A stretch of DNA of 64,000 nucleotides, taken from an uncultured Nitrospinota bacterium (GTDB taxonomy: Bacteria > Tectomicrobia > Entotheonellia > J063 > CAVPRW01). The translations under genes were made by a program, and so were the position numbers. Below, in pieces: positions 18,305-30,416 of this stretch. A model generated the notes under the pieces. The model worked only from the letters and a program-made list of their open reading frames with translations, was not told the origin of the DNA and ran no database searches. The stretch spans positions 19,500 through 83,499 of the forward strand of contig CAVPRW010000033.1 in the NCBI GenBank assembly GCA_963707985.1, read 5' to 3'. The first letter of the stretch is position 1; each line of letters opens with the position of its first letter.

Positions 18305-19093
18305 TCACCCTAACTTACGATTGATAAATGGAATATGAATCTTATCTTTTTTGTAGTTTTCAGTCATGGCGTACATGACGATGTTGACCCCCAGCATTAA
18401 ACTCTGAAACCGTTGGGATTCGCCGCCGGGCAAACATTCATGCCGCCAATTCCCGAGATGATCTCGCTCCCAAGCCCCGCCCAAATCGTTCTGGCAATAG
18501 ATGAGCGGTGTCCAGTCGTCGATCGTCACCCCCTCAAGGGATGGACTCACCAGGCGCCGACCGGACACCATTCGAACCAGGTAGTATGACCGGAATACCG
18601 CGTGGTCAAAGGGAAGTCGTTCGAGAGCCTGGTCCGGGAACAGACGCGGCACCTCCTCACGAATCCGGCGTTCGAAGGCGCTGCCGCGATAGCCGCTGGC
18701 GTCGTTGACCAGCATACAGCCGCCAAAGCTCAAGAAGCGCCGCAACACGGCGATTTCCTCTTCTGTGAAGGGTGTGAAGTCGAGAGCACCAGTAAGATAG
18801 AGGAACGGATAGGCAAACAGGTCCGGATCGGTCACCGTCAAGGTATGACGCTGGAATGAGACCACGATGCTGGTACGCCGCTCTACTTCCTTCAGGAGTT
18901 CGACTGATGCGGAGGGATGAGGGTCCCAGTCCCCACCCCTATACTGGACTTGCGCGAAGACAAATGGACCCGACGGCTCTTCCGTCCGCGTACCTCCCAT
19001 CTCGAAGCGCATGCCCGCCTGGGCTGGGGAGCACAACAGCACGCTTCCTGCCGCCATGGCCAGTTGTCCGACGAATTGCCTGCGTGTCATCAT
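18305..19093 (-). CDS. DUF4159-like protein with a twin-arginine-type leader
   Basis: MTRRQFV leader; YPFLYLTG, NDLGGAW, GVNIVMYAMT.NYK.D..H motifs. Confidence 0.8.
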   Translation of the reverse strand: MMTRRQFVGQLAMAAGSVLLCSPAQAGMRFEMGGTRTEEPSGPFVFAQVQYRGGDWDPHPSASVELLKEVERRTSIVVSFQRHTLTVTDPDLFAYPFLYLTGALDFTPFTEEEIAVLRRFLSFGGCMLVNDASGYRGSAFERRIREEVPRLFPDQALERLPFDHAVFRSYYLVRMVSGRRLVSPSLEGVTIDDWTPLIYCQNDLGGAWERDHLGNWRHECLPGGESQRFQSLMLGVNIVMYAMTENYKKDKIHIPFINRKLG

Positions 19094-19115
19094 GCCAACG
19101 ACCCTCCTTCCGGTC

Positions 19116-21241
19116 CTACCGTAGCCGATTGGCAAACACGCCCTCGACCAGCATCAAGGCAAGCAGGCAGATCAGGAACCAGCCTGCCAGCGACATCGGT
19201 TCGACTTGTGGGGGGTGAAATGGTTGCCCACGCTCCCACTCCACAAACGCAAAAGGACTCCCAGGAAACTTTTCCCGTACCTCGTCAGCTTCAATGGCAG
19301 ACATGTCTGATTCTTCGAGCGGTGTGTTGACTGCCACAAGCCCAACTTCTGGTCCCACACGCAGGCGGTAAAAGCCTGGAAACCGCGGCTCAGGAAAGTC
19401 GGCCCACCTCTGCCCGTCCCGGTCCTGAGGAAAGAGTCTGGTCTCTTTCCCTTGAGGATCGATGATGGTCACAAGTGCTTCCTTCGACGGCTCGGACACC
19501 TTGACGATGATCGGCTGCGGCAGACGTATATCGGTGGCGAGGCGGTCTTGACCTTCACGACGCGCCAGGTAGGCGACTCCCGTTTGAATGAGGGGCAAAA
19601 AGCCGGTCGTCACGGCCAGTTCGTTCCAATCCGCGTCACCCGTTGACGTATACAACAACACCCGTCCCTGCCCCGCTGTGCCTTCCAGGAGGAGAGGCCG
19701 GCCATCCGGCAGCGCCAGCAACACTCGCGTCGTTGGGGGCAACGAGGCGGTCTCGGTCGTGAACAGGCGTCGCACACGCACCCCCGCCACAGCGTCCTGT
19801 CCGCGCTCGGCCATAGGTTTGAAGATGGGGTGGTTGGGCTCAGGGCTCTGTAGCATTGCCGGATGACCTTCTGAACGATCAAGGGGTGAGCCGAGGCGGG
19901 CCGGGAGCAGGCGTGTGGGAGAGTCAAAGAGGGTCCGATTGTAGAGCGCCGGGTCAACCTGGTGTCCCAGGAACCACCAGACCCCCCCGCCCTGGTTGGC
20001 AAAGTCCATCAGGTGCGCGCGCAAATTGGTCGAGACCTGCCGCACATTGGCCAAGATCACGACGTCGAATTCCCCGAGCCGCAGCCGCTCCGCTTCTTCG
20101 ACCGGGACCACCCTGGGCTGGATTGGTCCCGGTCGATAAGCACGATCGGGGTTGAGCGCATTCATCAGATAAAAGGTCTCGCTGGCCACCAGCGTCGTCC
20201 GCGGGTCACCATCGATCAACAGGACCCGTAGGGCTTTTCTGACGGGCGTGCTGAAGTAGAAGACATCGTCAACGGGGAGGCCATCGCTGGCGAGGATAAT
20301 CGTTCCTTGGCGGTAGCCGGGCTGATCGAAGGTCACGTCGAAGGCAGCCTCTGTGGCACTTTTCTTTGGTAGGTCAAGCAGCCGCTGCTCCAGGGTTTTG
20401 CCGTCAACGACCAGGCGAACAGACACTTGTTTGCGATCCACCACGCCGAAGTTGATGATGCTGGCGGTAAGTTTAGTCCGCACGCCAGCGACGGCGGTCG
20501 GCGAATCCAGGCGAACCTCCCGAACAGTTGCGTTGCTGGCCGTATCCGTCGGTCCAACGGCGATCACTGTGACCCGGACCTGCGGATCGAGCACCTTGAG
20601 GGTTGCAGGCTCAAAGCCGACCCAGGGGGTACGAGTATGATCGGTGATCACGACGATCTCTTTCTTCGGGGCTTCGCTTGTCTTCAGTAGGGCATAGGCA
20701 CGTTGGAAGGGTAGGACGAAACCTCCGGGCTCGACGGTATGGCCGAGATCTCTCACTTGTTGCATGAGCCCAGTACGATCACCACTCAGCGCCTGTGGAG
20801 GGGCATCAGGCGAGACGAGGGGCAACATCACCCCGTGATCCTGCGATCGGAACTCTTGGAGAACGAGCTCGGAGACCTCCTTGGCGAGATCCCAGGAGGT
20901 CAGGCCGGCTGTTTGGTAATCCATACTCATCGTGTTATCCAGGATCAGCACCACGGCGCGCGCCTGAGCGATCTGCGCCAGATCTCCGACCCGTGGTTGC
21001 AGCACAGGTTCCGCCAGAGCAGTGGTGAGCAAGAACAGAATCAGCGTACGCAGGGCCAGCAGTAGCCATTGTTTGACCCGGTACTTGCGGGCGACCCGAC
21101 GCTCAGACCGGAGAACAAACTTGACGGTCGGGAACTGCACCACCCGCGCCCGGCGGCGATTAATCAGGTGGATGATCACCGGGATGCTGGCGGCCAACGC
21201 CCCCCATAGGAAGGCCGGATTGAGAAACGTTAACCACCCCA

Positions 21242-21242
<1 letters not shown>
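19116..21242 (-). CDS. BatA-domain / vWA membrane protein
   Basis: FLNPAFLWG...IPVIIHLINRRR...FP...LLLALR (BatA N-terminus); ILDNTMSM and ITD vWA motifs; C-terminal TM helix. Confidence 0.85.
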
Positions 21243-22129
<887 letters not shown>

Positions 22130-22130
<1 letters not shown>

Positions 22131-23170
22131 CAGGGACGCTCGGGCTGGATCTCGACCAGCAAGCGATCGATGATTTGCAGCGAGGTAATGCGTTCCGCTT
22201 CGGCGGCGAAGTTGCTGATGATCCGATGGCGCAGGACCGACTTCGCCAGGGCCTGGACGTCCTCAATCGAGGCAGCAAAGCGTCCGTGCAGGACCGCCCG
22301 GGCTTTGGCGCCCAGGATGAGATATTGTGAGGCGCGCGGCCCCGCTCCCCAGTTGACCCATTCCTTGACGAAGGCTGGTGCCTGCGGATGTGATGGGCGT
22401 GTGGCCTGCACTAGCTTGACGGCATAACCCACCACATAGCGTGCGACTGGCACGCGACGTACGAGGTTCTGTAAGACGAGGATGCGCTCGGCGTCGAGGA
22501 CTTTGTCGAGCTGAGCCTGATAGGCCGATGTGGTGGCTTCGACGATCTGCACCTCTTGCTCGAAGTCAGGGTATTCGATGCCGACGTTGAACATGAAGCG
22601 GTCGAGCTGGGCCTCGGGCAGGGGATACGTACCCTCTTGTTCGATAGGGTTCTGTGTCGCCAGGACAAAAAATGGCAGATCGAGTGGATAGGTCCGGCCG
22701 CCCGCAGTGACCTTATATTCCTGCATTGCTTGTAGCAGGGCCGCTTGCGTTTTGGGCGGGGTGCGGTTGATCTCATCAGCAAGCAGCACATTGGTGAAGA
22801 TCGGCCCCTTCAGGAAGACAAAGGCGCGATGGCCAGTCGTGACCTCCTCTTCCAGGATGTCGGTGCCGGTGATGTCGGACGGCATGAGGTCCGGGGTGAA
22901 CTGCACGCGATTGAAGGTGAGGTCGAGCACGCTGGCCAAGGTGCTGATCAGCAACGTCTTCGCCAGCCCTGGGACGCCGACGAGCAGGCAATGGCCGCGC
23001 GAGAACAGCGCGATGAGTAGCTCTTCGATCACCGGCTTTTGGCCAACGATAACCTTTTCTAACTGGCCGACAACGCGGTCGCGCGCTGCCGCGATCTCCT
23101 CCGCTGTGCGCCGATCATCCTGGCCCAGGGGGTGTTCAATAGGCATGGGTGAGGTCTGTACGTCTGCCAT
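22130..23170 (-). CDS. moxR: MoxR-family AAA+ ATPase
   Basis: [55 protein letters not shown]. Confidence 0.95.
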
Positions 23171-23277
23171 CCTTGTCCTTTCGCGAGTCTTGGTGCCTGT
23201 GAATCTCTGAACCTAGGGCAAAGTAGAGATAAAAAGTCTATTAGCTAGACGCGGTCATACTCCTTGAGAGGCGTCCA

Positions 23278-24855
23278 TTACCTTCCTATCAACTTCATGG
23301 TGACACTCGCCTCGCGCTGAGCGGCCTCGGCATCGCCCGCCTGTTGGTACAGTTCTGCCAAGTACCGATGCGGCAGTGGATCGAAGGGGTTGATCTGAAT
23401 GGCGTGCTCGTAGTGCTGACGAGCTTTTTCCGGCTCGCCGAGGTGTCGATACACATCGCCCAGCGTGGTGTGCGAAGTGCTGTAATCGGGATACACCTCC
23501 AGGGCGTGTAAGAGGTGCGACACCGCCTCTTGCGGTCGCTGGGCCGTGAGCAGCGCGCGGGCTAATTTATTGAGCACGAAGGGTGCATCGGGGTTCCCCT
23601 TGCGAGCGCGCTCGTAGTAATAGACAGCGCCATCGAAACGGCTGCGCTGACGCATCAGATCGCCGAGCGATAGATCCCGTTCTACCGCGGCCGATTGCAA
23701 TGCATCCTGCTCCAACCGATCCTCATCGCGCTCGTTGTTCTCGACCACCTTGAACTGGGTCAATTGCACGCCCGCCACTGGTGTGAGCTGCTTAACCGCC
23801 AAAAACTGCTTCCATGCGTCCTCGAAGGACGAGAAGGGGAGGGCCAACACCTGCTCGATAGGGCCTTTGGCGCCCCGGCTATCGCTCCGCGCCATCGCCA
23901 AAAAGATTTCGCGTAATCCCGGGTATCCCACCCGACTGAGCATGAACTCGACCGATGAAGCCGCCTCGGCATAGGCTAGCTGCACTTGCTGCGGGGTTTC
24001 GAGACGCACCAGCGACGGTTCCATCTGTTCAAAGGTGACGAAGTCTCCCGTCCGTAGCGCCTCTGCCAGCAGCGTGCGATTCAACGGATTGAGGTACAGC
24101 GAGGTCGCACTGCGCCAGCGGGACTCTTCGTGTTTGGCCACCCCTTCGTGGATCCAGATGGGGGCTTTGTCATCACTGAGCTTGACGATGACGTAGTGCA
24201 CGTACTCATGGACCAGGGCATCTAACCAGCGATACCCCCGCAACAGCACGCGCGGGGAGAGCACCATCACCTTATCGAATTTGCAGATACCCACGGCCCC
24301 GGCGACTTCGATGTCGCGCTTCGAAAGAGACGAGGCCGCGTGAAATCGTTCGTGATCCGGGAAGATTTCGATGCGGACCGGCGCGCTCGGCCGCTGACCC
24401 AGGTCTCCTCCAAGCACCTCATAGGCCTTCTCAAGTGCAGCCAGTGCATATTCCGCTAGCACGCCATCGCGCTCGTCCTGCAATCGAACCATGAAATGCG
24501 GACTGGTGTAGGTCTTGAAATCCCGGACCGCCCAGGCGGTTTGTTCGCTGAAAGCCTTCCAGCCTTTGGCATACTCGTTCGTGGGCTCGGCTGCGATCCA
24601 TTGTTCGGCCCAACGCGTCGCTTCCGTATATTCGCCACGATACAACGAGGCCTTCGTGAGGAGGGCCAGCACTTTAGGATCGTCTGGCCGCTGACGCTGG
24701 ATGGGCTGGGCGAGTCGATAGGCCTCCTCCCCATCCCAGCGATTCAGGGCAGCTTCCGCCTCGGAGAACGTATCCTGTGCCCAGGCGGGAGCCACCGCAA
24801 TGAGGAAAACCAGTATGACGATGCACCTAAAGCCCAGCTTCGTTTTCACAGACAT
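23278..24855 (-). CDS. Exported TPR + peptidase MA-like (HExxH) protein
   Basis: Signal peptide ending AWA, HEYVH followed by PIWIHEGVA, C-terminal TPR-like repeats. Confidence 0.85.
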   Translation of the reverse strand: MSVKTKLGFRCIVILVFLIAVAPAWAQDTFSEAEAALNRWDGEEAYRLAQPIQRQRPDDPKVLALLTKASLYRGEYTEATRWAEQWIAAEPTNEYAKGWKAFSEQTAWAVRDFKTYTSPHFMVRLQDERDGVLAEYALAALEKAYEVLGGDLGQRPSAPVRIEIFPDHERFHAASSLSKRDIEVAGAVGICKFDKVMVLSPRVLLRGYRWLDALVHEYVHYVIVKLSDDKAPIWIHEGVAKHEESRWRSATSLYLNPLNRTLLAEALRTGDFVTFEQMEPSLVRLETPQQVQLAYAEAASSVEFMLSRVGYPGLREIFLAMARSDSRGAKGPIEQVLALPFSSFEDAWKQFLAVKQLTPVAGVQLTQFKVVENNERDEDRLEQDALQSAAVERDLSLGDLMRQRSRFDGAVYYYERARKGNPDAPFVLNKLARALLTAQRPQEAVSHLLHALEVYPDYSTSHTTLGDVYRHLGEPEKARQHYEHAIQINPFDPLPHRYLAELYQQAGDAEAAQREASVTMKLIGR

Positions 24856-24898
24856 GTCTTCGCTTCCCACACCTCGCACAGCCGCTCCTACCCTGACA

Positions 24899-24930
24899 TC
24901 CTCCCCCTACCCCTCTTCTGGAGGGAGAGA
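24899..24930. repeat. Degenerate REP-like palindromic repeat
   Basis: Reverse complement CTCTCCCTCCAGAAGAGGGGTAGGGGGAGG resembles the repeat interrupted by the MITE at 56.5 kb. Confidence 0.45.
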
Positions 24931-24955
24931 GCGCTCTCAGGCAAGGGGTATCCGA

Positions 24956-27900
24956 TCACTCCGTCAGGTTCTTGAAGTATTGTTCGATCTGACCCTTGAA
25001 TTGCGATGGGGCGCCCCGCTTCAGGGCCTCCATGATCTCCTCACGAAATTGCCTCGGAGCTTTGAATTCTTCCTTGCCGGGGATTTTGAAATCCCGGGTG
25101 TTGATGCCCATGCGGCCCTGATTTTGCGGCGAGCGGTCGGGGAATGGTGGCGGATTGAATGCAAAGGGATCCCCCGGCCGACGCAGCACCATCGGCACGG
25201 GAATCTGCCCCATCTGGCCGCGTTGGGCCATCTGCTGCATCGCCTGCTGCATGGCTTGCTGCCCTTGCGACAGACGCTGCAGAGCCTCCTCCTCAGGAGG
25301 AATAGCCTGGCGCGCCAGGCGGTCGCTGAGCTTACCCTGGGCCTCACCCATGAATTCGCCCGCCTCACCGATCTGCTGCCGTAACTCTGGACTCAGAAAT
25401 GGGTTGAACTGGGATAGCTGGTCGAGACGATGTTTCAAGGCCTCGGTACGCTCGCGCACCGCGTGCTGACGCTGACCCAACTGTTCAAGCTCCTCACCCT
25501 GCTGCGGGTCCAAGAGCTCTTGACCATCGAGGTTATTGAGGTTGGCCAGGCGCTGTTGCGACTGGGCCAACATCTCGCGCAGGCCTTGGAGCTTGGCTTG
25601 CAGCTCCGGATGGTGACGTAAGAATTCTTCCCATCCAGGCGACGGGTGCTGTTGCATGGCTGACAATTCCTGCACCGCCTCCTGCATGGCGCGGAGCAAC
25701 TCGCCAGTGTCCTCCGGTGTCGATTGTCGTGTAACGCGGTCGAGGGCCCGATCCAGGCGATTCATCGATGGGGTATGGTTGCGCGACCGGTGCTGGTCAC
25801 CCTGGGGTGTACGCCCAGCCTCCTGCATCTGGCGCTGCGCCTCGTAGATTGCCTCGCGCACCTGTTCTTGCAGCGGCTCGAAGTCGCGCCGCTGTTGCTC
25901 ATTGATGCGCTGATGCAGGTTCTTATCGATGCCAGTGGTATCGCGCAGGATTTCGGATTGCTCGCGCATGATCTGGTCGAGTTCGCTTTGGGCGCGCTCC
26001 ATGCCGCTCTGCTGTTGGCCAAACGGCATGGACTGGGCAAACCTCTGGGCACTCTGTAGGGCGGCCAGCATCTGATTCAAGGAGCGCAGCAGGTCCTCGG
26101 CTAGCCGTTTAGCGTCCGCCAGGTTGCCCTGCTGTAATTGCTGGCGCAATTGCTGGAGCGTTTGCATCATCTCGCTTAGCTCGAGATTTTGCAGGGCTTC
26201 GCTATTGAGAAACTCGTCGGGGAGTTGCGATGGCAGCTTCGACAAGGCTTCCATCAGAGCTTGCATGGCTTTTTCCAGCTCATTGAGCTCACGCTCTAAG
26301 GCCTCCCGCGTGGCTGTATCCATCTCCTTGCCGAGTTTATCGAGATCAGTCAACGCGTCCAGCAGGTTTTTTTGCGTGCGAGCCATGCGCTGCGCCAGGT
26401 TTTCCACATCACGCATCTTGGCGCGTTTGCCAATGTCCTGGGCGAACAGGGCCAGGCGCTCCAGCTCCGATTGCGCCGCCTCCTGCTTGCTCAATGCCCG
26501 GTCGAGCGCTGGCGCGTTGGTTTCGGGTGGCTGAGGCTCGAGCGGCTGCGGGCTGCGTGACGAGGTGCTTGGCGACTGCCGCTGACCTGATGACGGGGAG
26601 AGTTGGCGTCGCGCCTCCCCCATCAGAGTGTCCTGTGTGAAGTTCAGGTTTTCGCGCAATGTCCGGGTATCTTCGTAACGTGTGTAATCGCTCAGGTAGT
26701 CCCGTTCGAGCGACTGTAACATCTGGTCCATCTGCGAGACCAGATCCTGGGCCTGCTGTTGCAGCTCAGCCTGCCGAGCTGCCAGCTCCTGGGCTGCAGT
26801 GGGGTCTCGTGGCATGGGCTCTTGCGCCAGATCAGCGGTGCGCGCGTTGAGCTCAAGCTGATCGGCGAGGAGATCGACCAACTTCTCAGCCACATGCTGC
26901 TGCATCTCATCGAGCCGATGATGCTCCTCCTCTCGGCTCTTGATGCGCAGGACATGGGTGGCGGAGACGCCGCGCTTGGGGCCGGACACCGTGTCGTTAT
27001 CCCAAACCTCGACATAATAGGATACTGATTCACCCGCGGCGCCGAAGAGGTCGGTGACATCCCAGAAATATCGTCCTTGGTAGTGTCTGGCCGCTCCATC
27101 GACCCGGTCGATAACGACGCGTTTCTCCCCAAAGGGTCCAGCGCGATAGACCAAGGCAAGTTCCGTCACACCAAAATCGTCGCGCGCCTCGTACTCCAGG
27201 ATGATCACCCGCCCCTCTTCGATCTCCAGGTCGGGTTCTGGCGCCAGCAGGTCGATCTGCGGCGCCGCGTCAGGGATGACATCGATGCGATAGGCGAGCT
27301 GATCCTGATTGGTGAAGCCCAAGGCATCTTGCACCTCGACGCGATACCCGCCGGGTTTCGTGATGATTGCTGTCGCTTGCAGAAGACCGTCAGAGCGGAT
27401 GAGTAGAGGCAGCTGCGTGTTGTCGTCGAACACCAGTTGCCCGCGTGCGATGGGTTTATTGGCGGCCATCCGGAGGCGGACTTCGGAGCCGGCCAGGGCC
27501 TCGATGTGCCCGCTCCCCTCCTCGATTTTGGCGGGGAGGCCGGTGTAATCCGGATACTGATAACGGACGTGGAAATTCCCCACCTCTGGAGCCTCGACGA
27601 CCTCGACCTCCCCCACGTCCGAGGCGGCCGATCCGGCGATGGCCTGGAATTTGACCGGTTCGCGTAGGGTGGCGATGGTATGGCGAAAAGTGCCCTGACC
27701 CGCTGCGACCATCTTCTCCTGGCGTTCCTTACTAGCCTGCCAGATGTGCAGATGAACCGTGGAGGGAAGCTGTCCACTCGCCAGCGCCTGCACGGTTAAG
27801 GGCTGACCAACGAGAAGATGACGCGGATAGTTGTCTAAGGCGAGGATGGTGGGTTGCGTGCCCAAAAGATCGAATGGATGGAGGAGCTGCACTACCGATG

Positions 27901-28432
27901 CGGTGAGCAGTTGCGGAGCGAGCCAGGCCACTCCCAGTACGGCGACCAGCAGCGGCGCCGCCACTCGTACCTGACGCCACACGCCACGGCTGTCGATCAA
28001 CGACTGACGGCTCAGAGCACCGATCTGTTGGTGGGTCGCTTCCAATAAGCCTTGAACAAGATCGACAGAGATACCGCCTTCAGGATGTTTCTGCAGGGAC
28101 TCTGGGAGCTGTAGAGCGCTGATCAGATGATTATGCAGCGCGGGATGTCGGGCTTCAACATAGAGTGCGGCGGTCTCGAGGGAGCATCGCTGCAAACATG
28201 CGCTTCCCAGCCAAATCAGCGCCACTGCCGTGGCGACCCAGGCCAGCACCGTGAAGCAGCTTACAAGTAACGGTTGTGTCGAGGCCAACGGCAGCAAGCC
28301 GGTGCCCAACAAAAGGGCGGTCAGCCACACGATCAGTACGACCAAGAGCCGCTCGATGATCGTGGTGACATGCAAGCGTCGCGCGATACGCTTGATAAAG
28401 GTATAAATCACGCGTTGATGCGTCGATTTCAT
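24956..28432 (-). CDS. DUF4175-family membrane/coiled-coil protein
   Basis: N-terminal TM helices, LHNHLISALQ, YPDYTG, DDFGV, DNDTVSGPK, long Q-rich coiled coil, C-terminal YFKNL. Confidence 0.85.
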   Translation of the reverse strand: MKSTHQRVIYTFIKRIARRLHVTTIIERLLVVLIVWLTALLLGTGLLPLASTQPLLVSCFTVLAWVATAVALIWLGSACLQRCSLETAALYVEARHPALHNHLISALQLPESLQKHPEGGISVDLVQGLLEATHQQIGALSRQSLIDSRGVWRQVRVAAPLLVAVLGVAWLAPQLLTASVVQLLHPFDLLGTQPTILALDNYPRHLLVGQPLTVQALASGQLPSTVHLHIWQASKERQEKMVAAGQGTFRHTIATLREPVKFQAIAGSAASDVGEVEVVEAPEVGNFHVRYQYPDYTGLPAKIEEGSGHIEALAGSEVRLRMAANKPIARGQLVFDDNTQLPLLIRSDGLLQATAIITKPGGYRVEVQDALGFTNQDQLAYRIDVIPDAAPQIDLLAPEPDLEIEEGRVIILEYEARDDFGVTELALVYRAGPFGEKRVVIDRVDGAARHYQGRYFWDVTDLFGAAGESVSYYVEVWDNDTVSGPKRGVSATHVLRIKSREEEHHRLDEMQQHVAEKLVDLLADQLELNARTADLAQEPMPRDPTAAQELAARQAELQQQAQDLVSQMDQMLQSLERDYLSDYTRYEDTRTLRENLNFTQDTLMGEARRQLSPSSGQRQSPSTSSRSPQPLEPQPPETNAPALDRALSKQEAAQSELERLALFAQDIGKRAKMRDVENLAQRMARTQKNLLDALTDLDKLGKEMDTATREALERELNELEKAMQALMEALSKLPSQLPDEFLNSEALQNLELSEMMQTLQQLRQQLQQGNLADAKRLAEDLLRSLNQMLAALQSAQRFAQSMPFGQQQSGMERAQSELDQIMREQSEILRDTTGIDKNLHQRINEQQRRDFEPLQEQVREAIYEAQRQMQEAGRTPQGDQHRSRNHTPSMNRLDRALDRVTRQSTPEDTGELLRAMQEAVQELSAMQQHPSPGWEEFLRHHPELQAKLQGLREMLAQSQQRLANLNNLDGQELLDPQQGEELEQLGQRQHAVRERTEALKHRLDQLSQFNPFLSPELRQQIGEAGEFMGEAQGKLSDRLARQAIPPEEEALQRLSQGQQAMQQAMQQMAQRGQMGQIPVPMVLRRPGDPFAFNPPPFPDRSPQNQGRMGINTRDFKIPGKEEFKAPRQFREEIMEALKRGAPSQFKGQIEQYFKNLTE

Positions 28433-28486
28433 AGGGACCTATCCTCACCGGGCGTGGCATCGTTACCCCCCATCTTCCAGGGACGA

Positions 28487-28684
28487 TCATTGGCCCTCCT
28501 CTAGCCGCCGGAGGAGCCGTATGACTTTCTCATCGTCCTCGGGCTCCAGCCTCGCCTTGGCGTCCAGTCCTTCACGAACCAGGCGTGCGACGCCTCCCCC
28601 GCCCTCCTCCAGGATCAAATCGACCAAGTAGCCGCCGATGATGCCGCGCAATTTGGTGAAAATCTGGTCTGGCGGGTCAGCCAT
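28487..28684 (-). CDS. Small hypothetical protein
   Basis: GAGG RBS before ATG 28684, downstream of a consensus promoter. Confidence 0.6.
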   Translation of the reverse strand: MADPPDQIFTKLRGIIGGYLVDLILEEGGGGVARLVREGLDAKARLEPEDDEKVIRLLRRLEEGQ

Positions 28685-28726
28685 GGCCTGTTCCTCAAAG
28701 GACCGGGGATTCCTAGCACAGGCGTC

Positions 28727-28755
28727 ATTATGGAAAGGGCTTCTGGCGATGTCAA
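28727..28755 (-). promoter_or_regulatory. sigma70 promoter for the DUF4175-MoxR operon
   Basis: TTGACA-N17-CATAAT on the minus strand. Confidence 0.7.
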
Positions 28756-28828
28756 GCATAAAACCGGCCTTTCCCAAGCCCCCCGAAACCTCTGTAGTAC
28801 AAGCCAAAAGTGCCAGTTGAACAGGCGA

Positions 28829-28857
28829 TTGACACCTCGCCAGCGGACGCGTATGAT
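28829..28857 (+). promoter_or_regulatory. sigma70 promoter for glcDEF
   Basis: TTGACA-N17-TATGAT. Confidence 0.7.
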
Positions 28858-28905
28858 AGCCTCGCTATCGTCCGAAGCCGCATTCAGAGCCTCTTGGGTG
28901 TGACT

Positions 28906-30357
28906 ATGCTGAAACCAGACATCATCCAAGCATTACAACGCCTTGTCGGAACCGTCAATGTCCTGACCGAGCCGGAAGAAAAGCTCGTCTATGAGTGCGA
29001 TGGACTCACCATGTTCAAGGCCACGCCGGAGGTCGTGGTGTTTCCCACCTCGACGCCGCTGGTGGCGGAGGTCGTCCGCCTGGCGCATGATGCCCACATC
29101 CCGTTTGTCGCCCGTGGGGGAGGGACCGGCCTGAGCGGCGGGGCCTTGGCGGTTGAGGGCGGCATGATGATCGCTCTGACGAAGCTCAATCGCATCCTGG
29201 AAATCGATCTCGACAACCAGCGGGCGATTGTCCAGCCGGGCGTCGTCAATCTCTGGATCACCCAGGCTGTGTCGGCCCAGGGCTACTACTACGCACCTGA
29301 TCCTTCCAGCCAACAAGCCTGCACGATCGGTGGGAATGTGGCGGAGAATTCCGGCGGTCCCCACACCCTCAAATACGGGGTGACCACCAATCATGTACTG
29401 GGCCTCGAGGTCGTCTTGCCCGACGGGCAAACCATTGACACCGGTGGGCCGGCGGAAGATTATCCCGGCTATGATCTCACCGGCATCCTGGTCGGCTCGG
29501 AAGGGACGCTCGGCATCGTCACCAACATCATCGTCCGCCTGCTGCGCAAAACCGAAGCCGTCAAGACTCTGATGGCTGTATTCGAGAGTATGGATGACGC
29601 GAGTAACACTGTATCAGACGTGATCAGTCAGGGAATTGTTCCCGCCGCCATCGAGATGATGGATCAACTAGCATTAGAAGCCGTGGAGGCATATATCCAC
29701 GCCGGGTATCCTACGGATGCCGGTGGGGTGCTGCTGATCGAACTCGATGGCCTGCGCGATGGTATGGAAGAAATCGCTGCGCAGATCGCTGACATCGCTC
29801 GTCAACACCACGCTCGGGAAGTACGCCTGGCTCGCGATGACCGCGAGCGTGAGTTGCTCTGGCTCGGTCGTAAACGGGCTTTCGGCGCCATGGGGCGAAT
29901 CAGCCCCAGTTACTACGTCCAGGACGGGGTCATCCCGCGCACACGATTGCCGGAAGTGCTGCGCCATATCCGAGACATCTCCACACGCTATGGCATACGT
30001 ATCGCCAATGTGTTCCATGCCGGCGATGGTAATCTGCACCCCTTGCTCTTATTCGATGAACGCGACCCCGATCAGCGGGATCGAGTGCTGCAAGCCAGTG
30101 AAGAGATCCTCCGCGTTTGCGCCGCTGTGGGGGGTAGCCTCAGCGGCGAGCATGGTATTGGCGTCGAGAAACGGGAAGATATGCCGCTGGTTTTCACTGA
30201 GCAAGATCTGGCCGCCATGCAGAAAGTGCGGGCGGTGTTCAACCCCCAGAATCTCTGCAATCCCGGCAAAATCTTCCCAACGCCCGGGCGCTGTGTCGAG
30301 CTCGGCCCACCGGTCACCGAAAAGGTCGTCAACGGGGTGCGGATCGAGCGCTTCTAG
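28906..30357 (+). CDS. glcD: Glycolate oxidase subunit GlcD (FAD-linked oxidase)
   Basis: RGGGTGLSGG, PDPSSQ.ACTIGGNVAENSGG, HAGDGNLHP, GEHGIG, NPGK. Confidence 0.92.
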   Translation: MLKPDIIQALQRLVGTVNVLTEPEEKLVYECDGLTMFKATPEVVVFPTSTPLVAEVVRLAHDAHIPFVARGGGTGLSGGALAVEGGMMIALTKLNRILEIDLDNQRAIVQPGVVNLWITQAVSAQGYYYAPDPSSQQACTIGGNVAENSGGPHTLKYGVTTNHVLGLEVVLPDGQTIDTGGPAEDYPGYDLTGILVGSEGTLGIVTNIIVRLLRKTEAVKTLMAVFESMDDASNTVSDVISQGIVPAAIEMMDQLALEAVEAYIHAGYPTDAGGVLLIELDGLRDGMEEIAAQIADIARQHHAREVRLARDDRERELLWLGRKRAFGAMGRISPSYYVQDGVIPRTRLPEVLRHIRDISTRYGIRIANVFHAGDGNLHPLLLFDERDPDQRDRVLQASEEILRVCAAVGGSLSGEHGIGVEKREDMPLVFTEQDLAAMQKVRAVFNPQNLCNPGKIFPTPGRCVELGPPVTEKVVNGVRIERF

Positions 30358-30416
30358 TCCGGCTATCAATGCGGTCATGTGCTATGCTGTTAAGGTGAAC
30401 ACTGGTGGCAGTTCCT

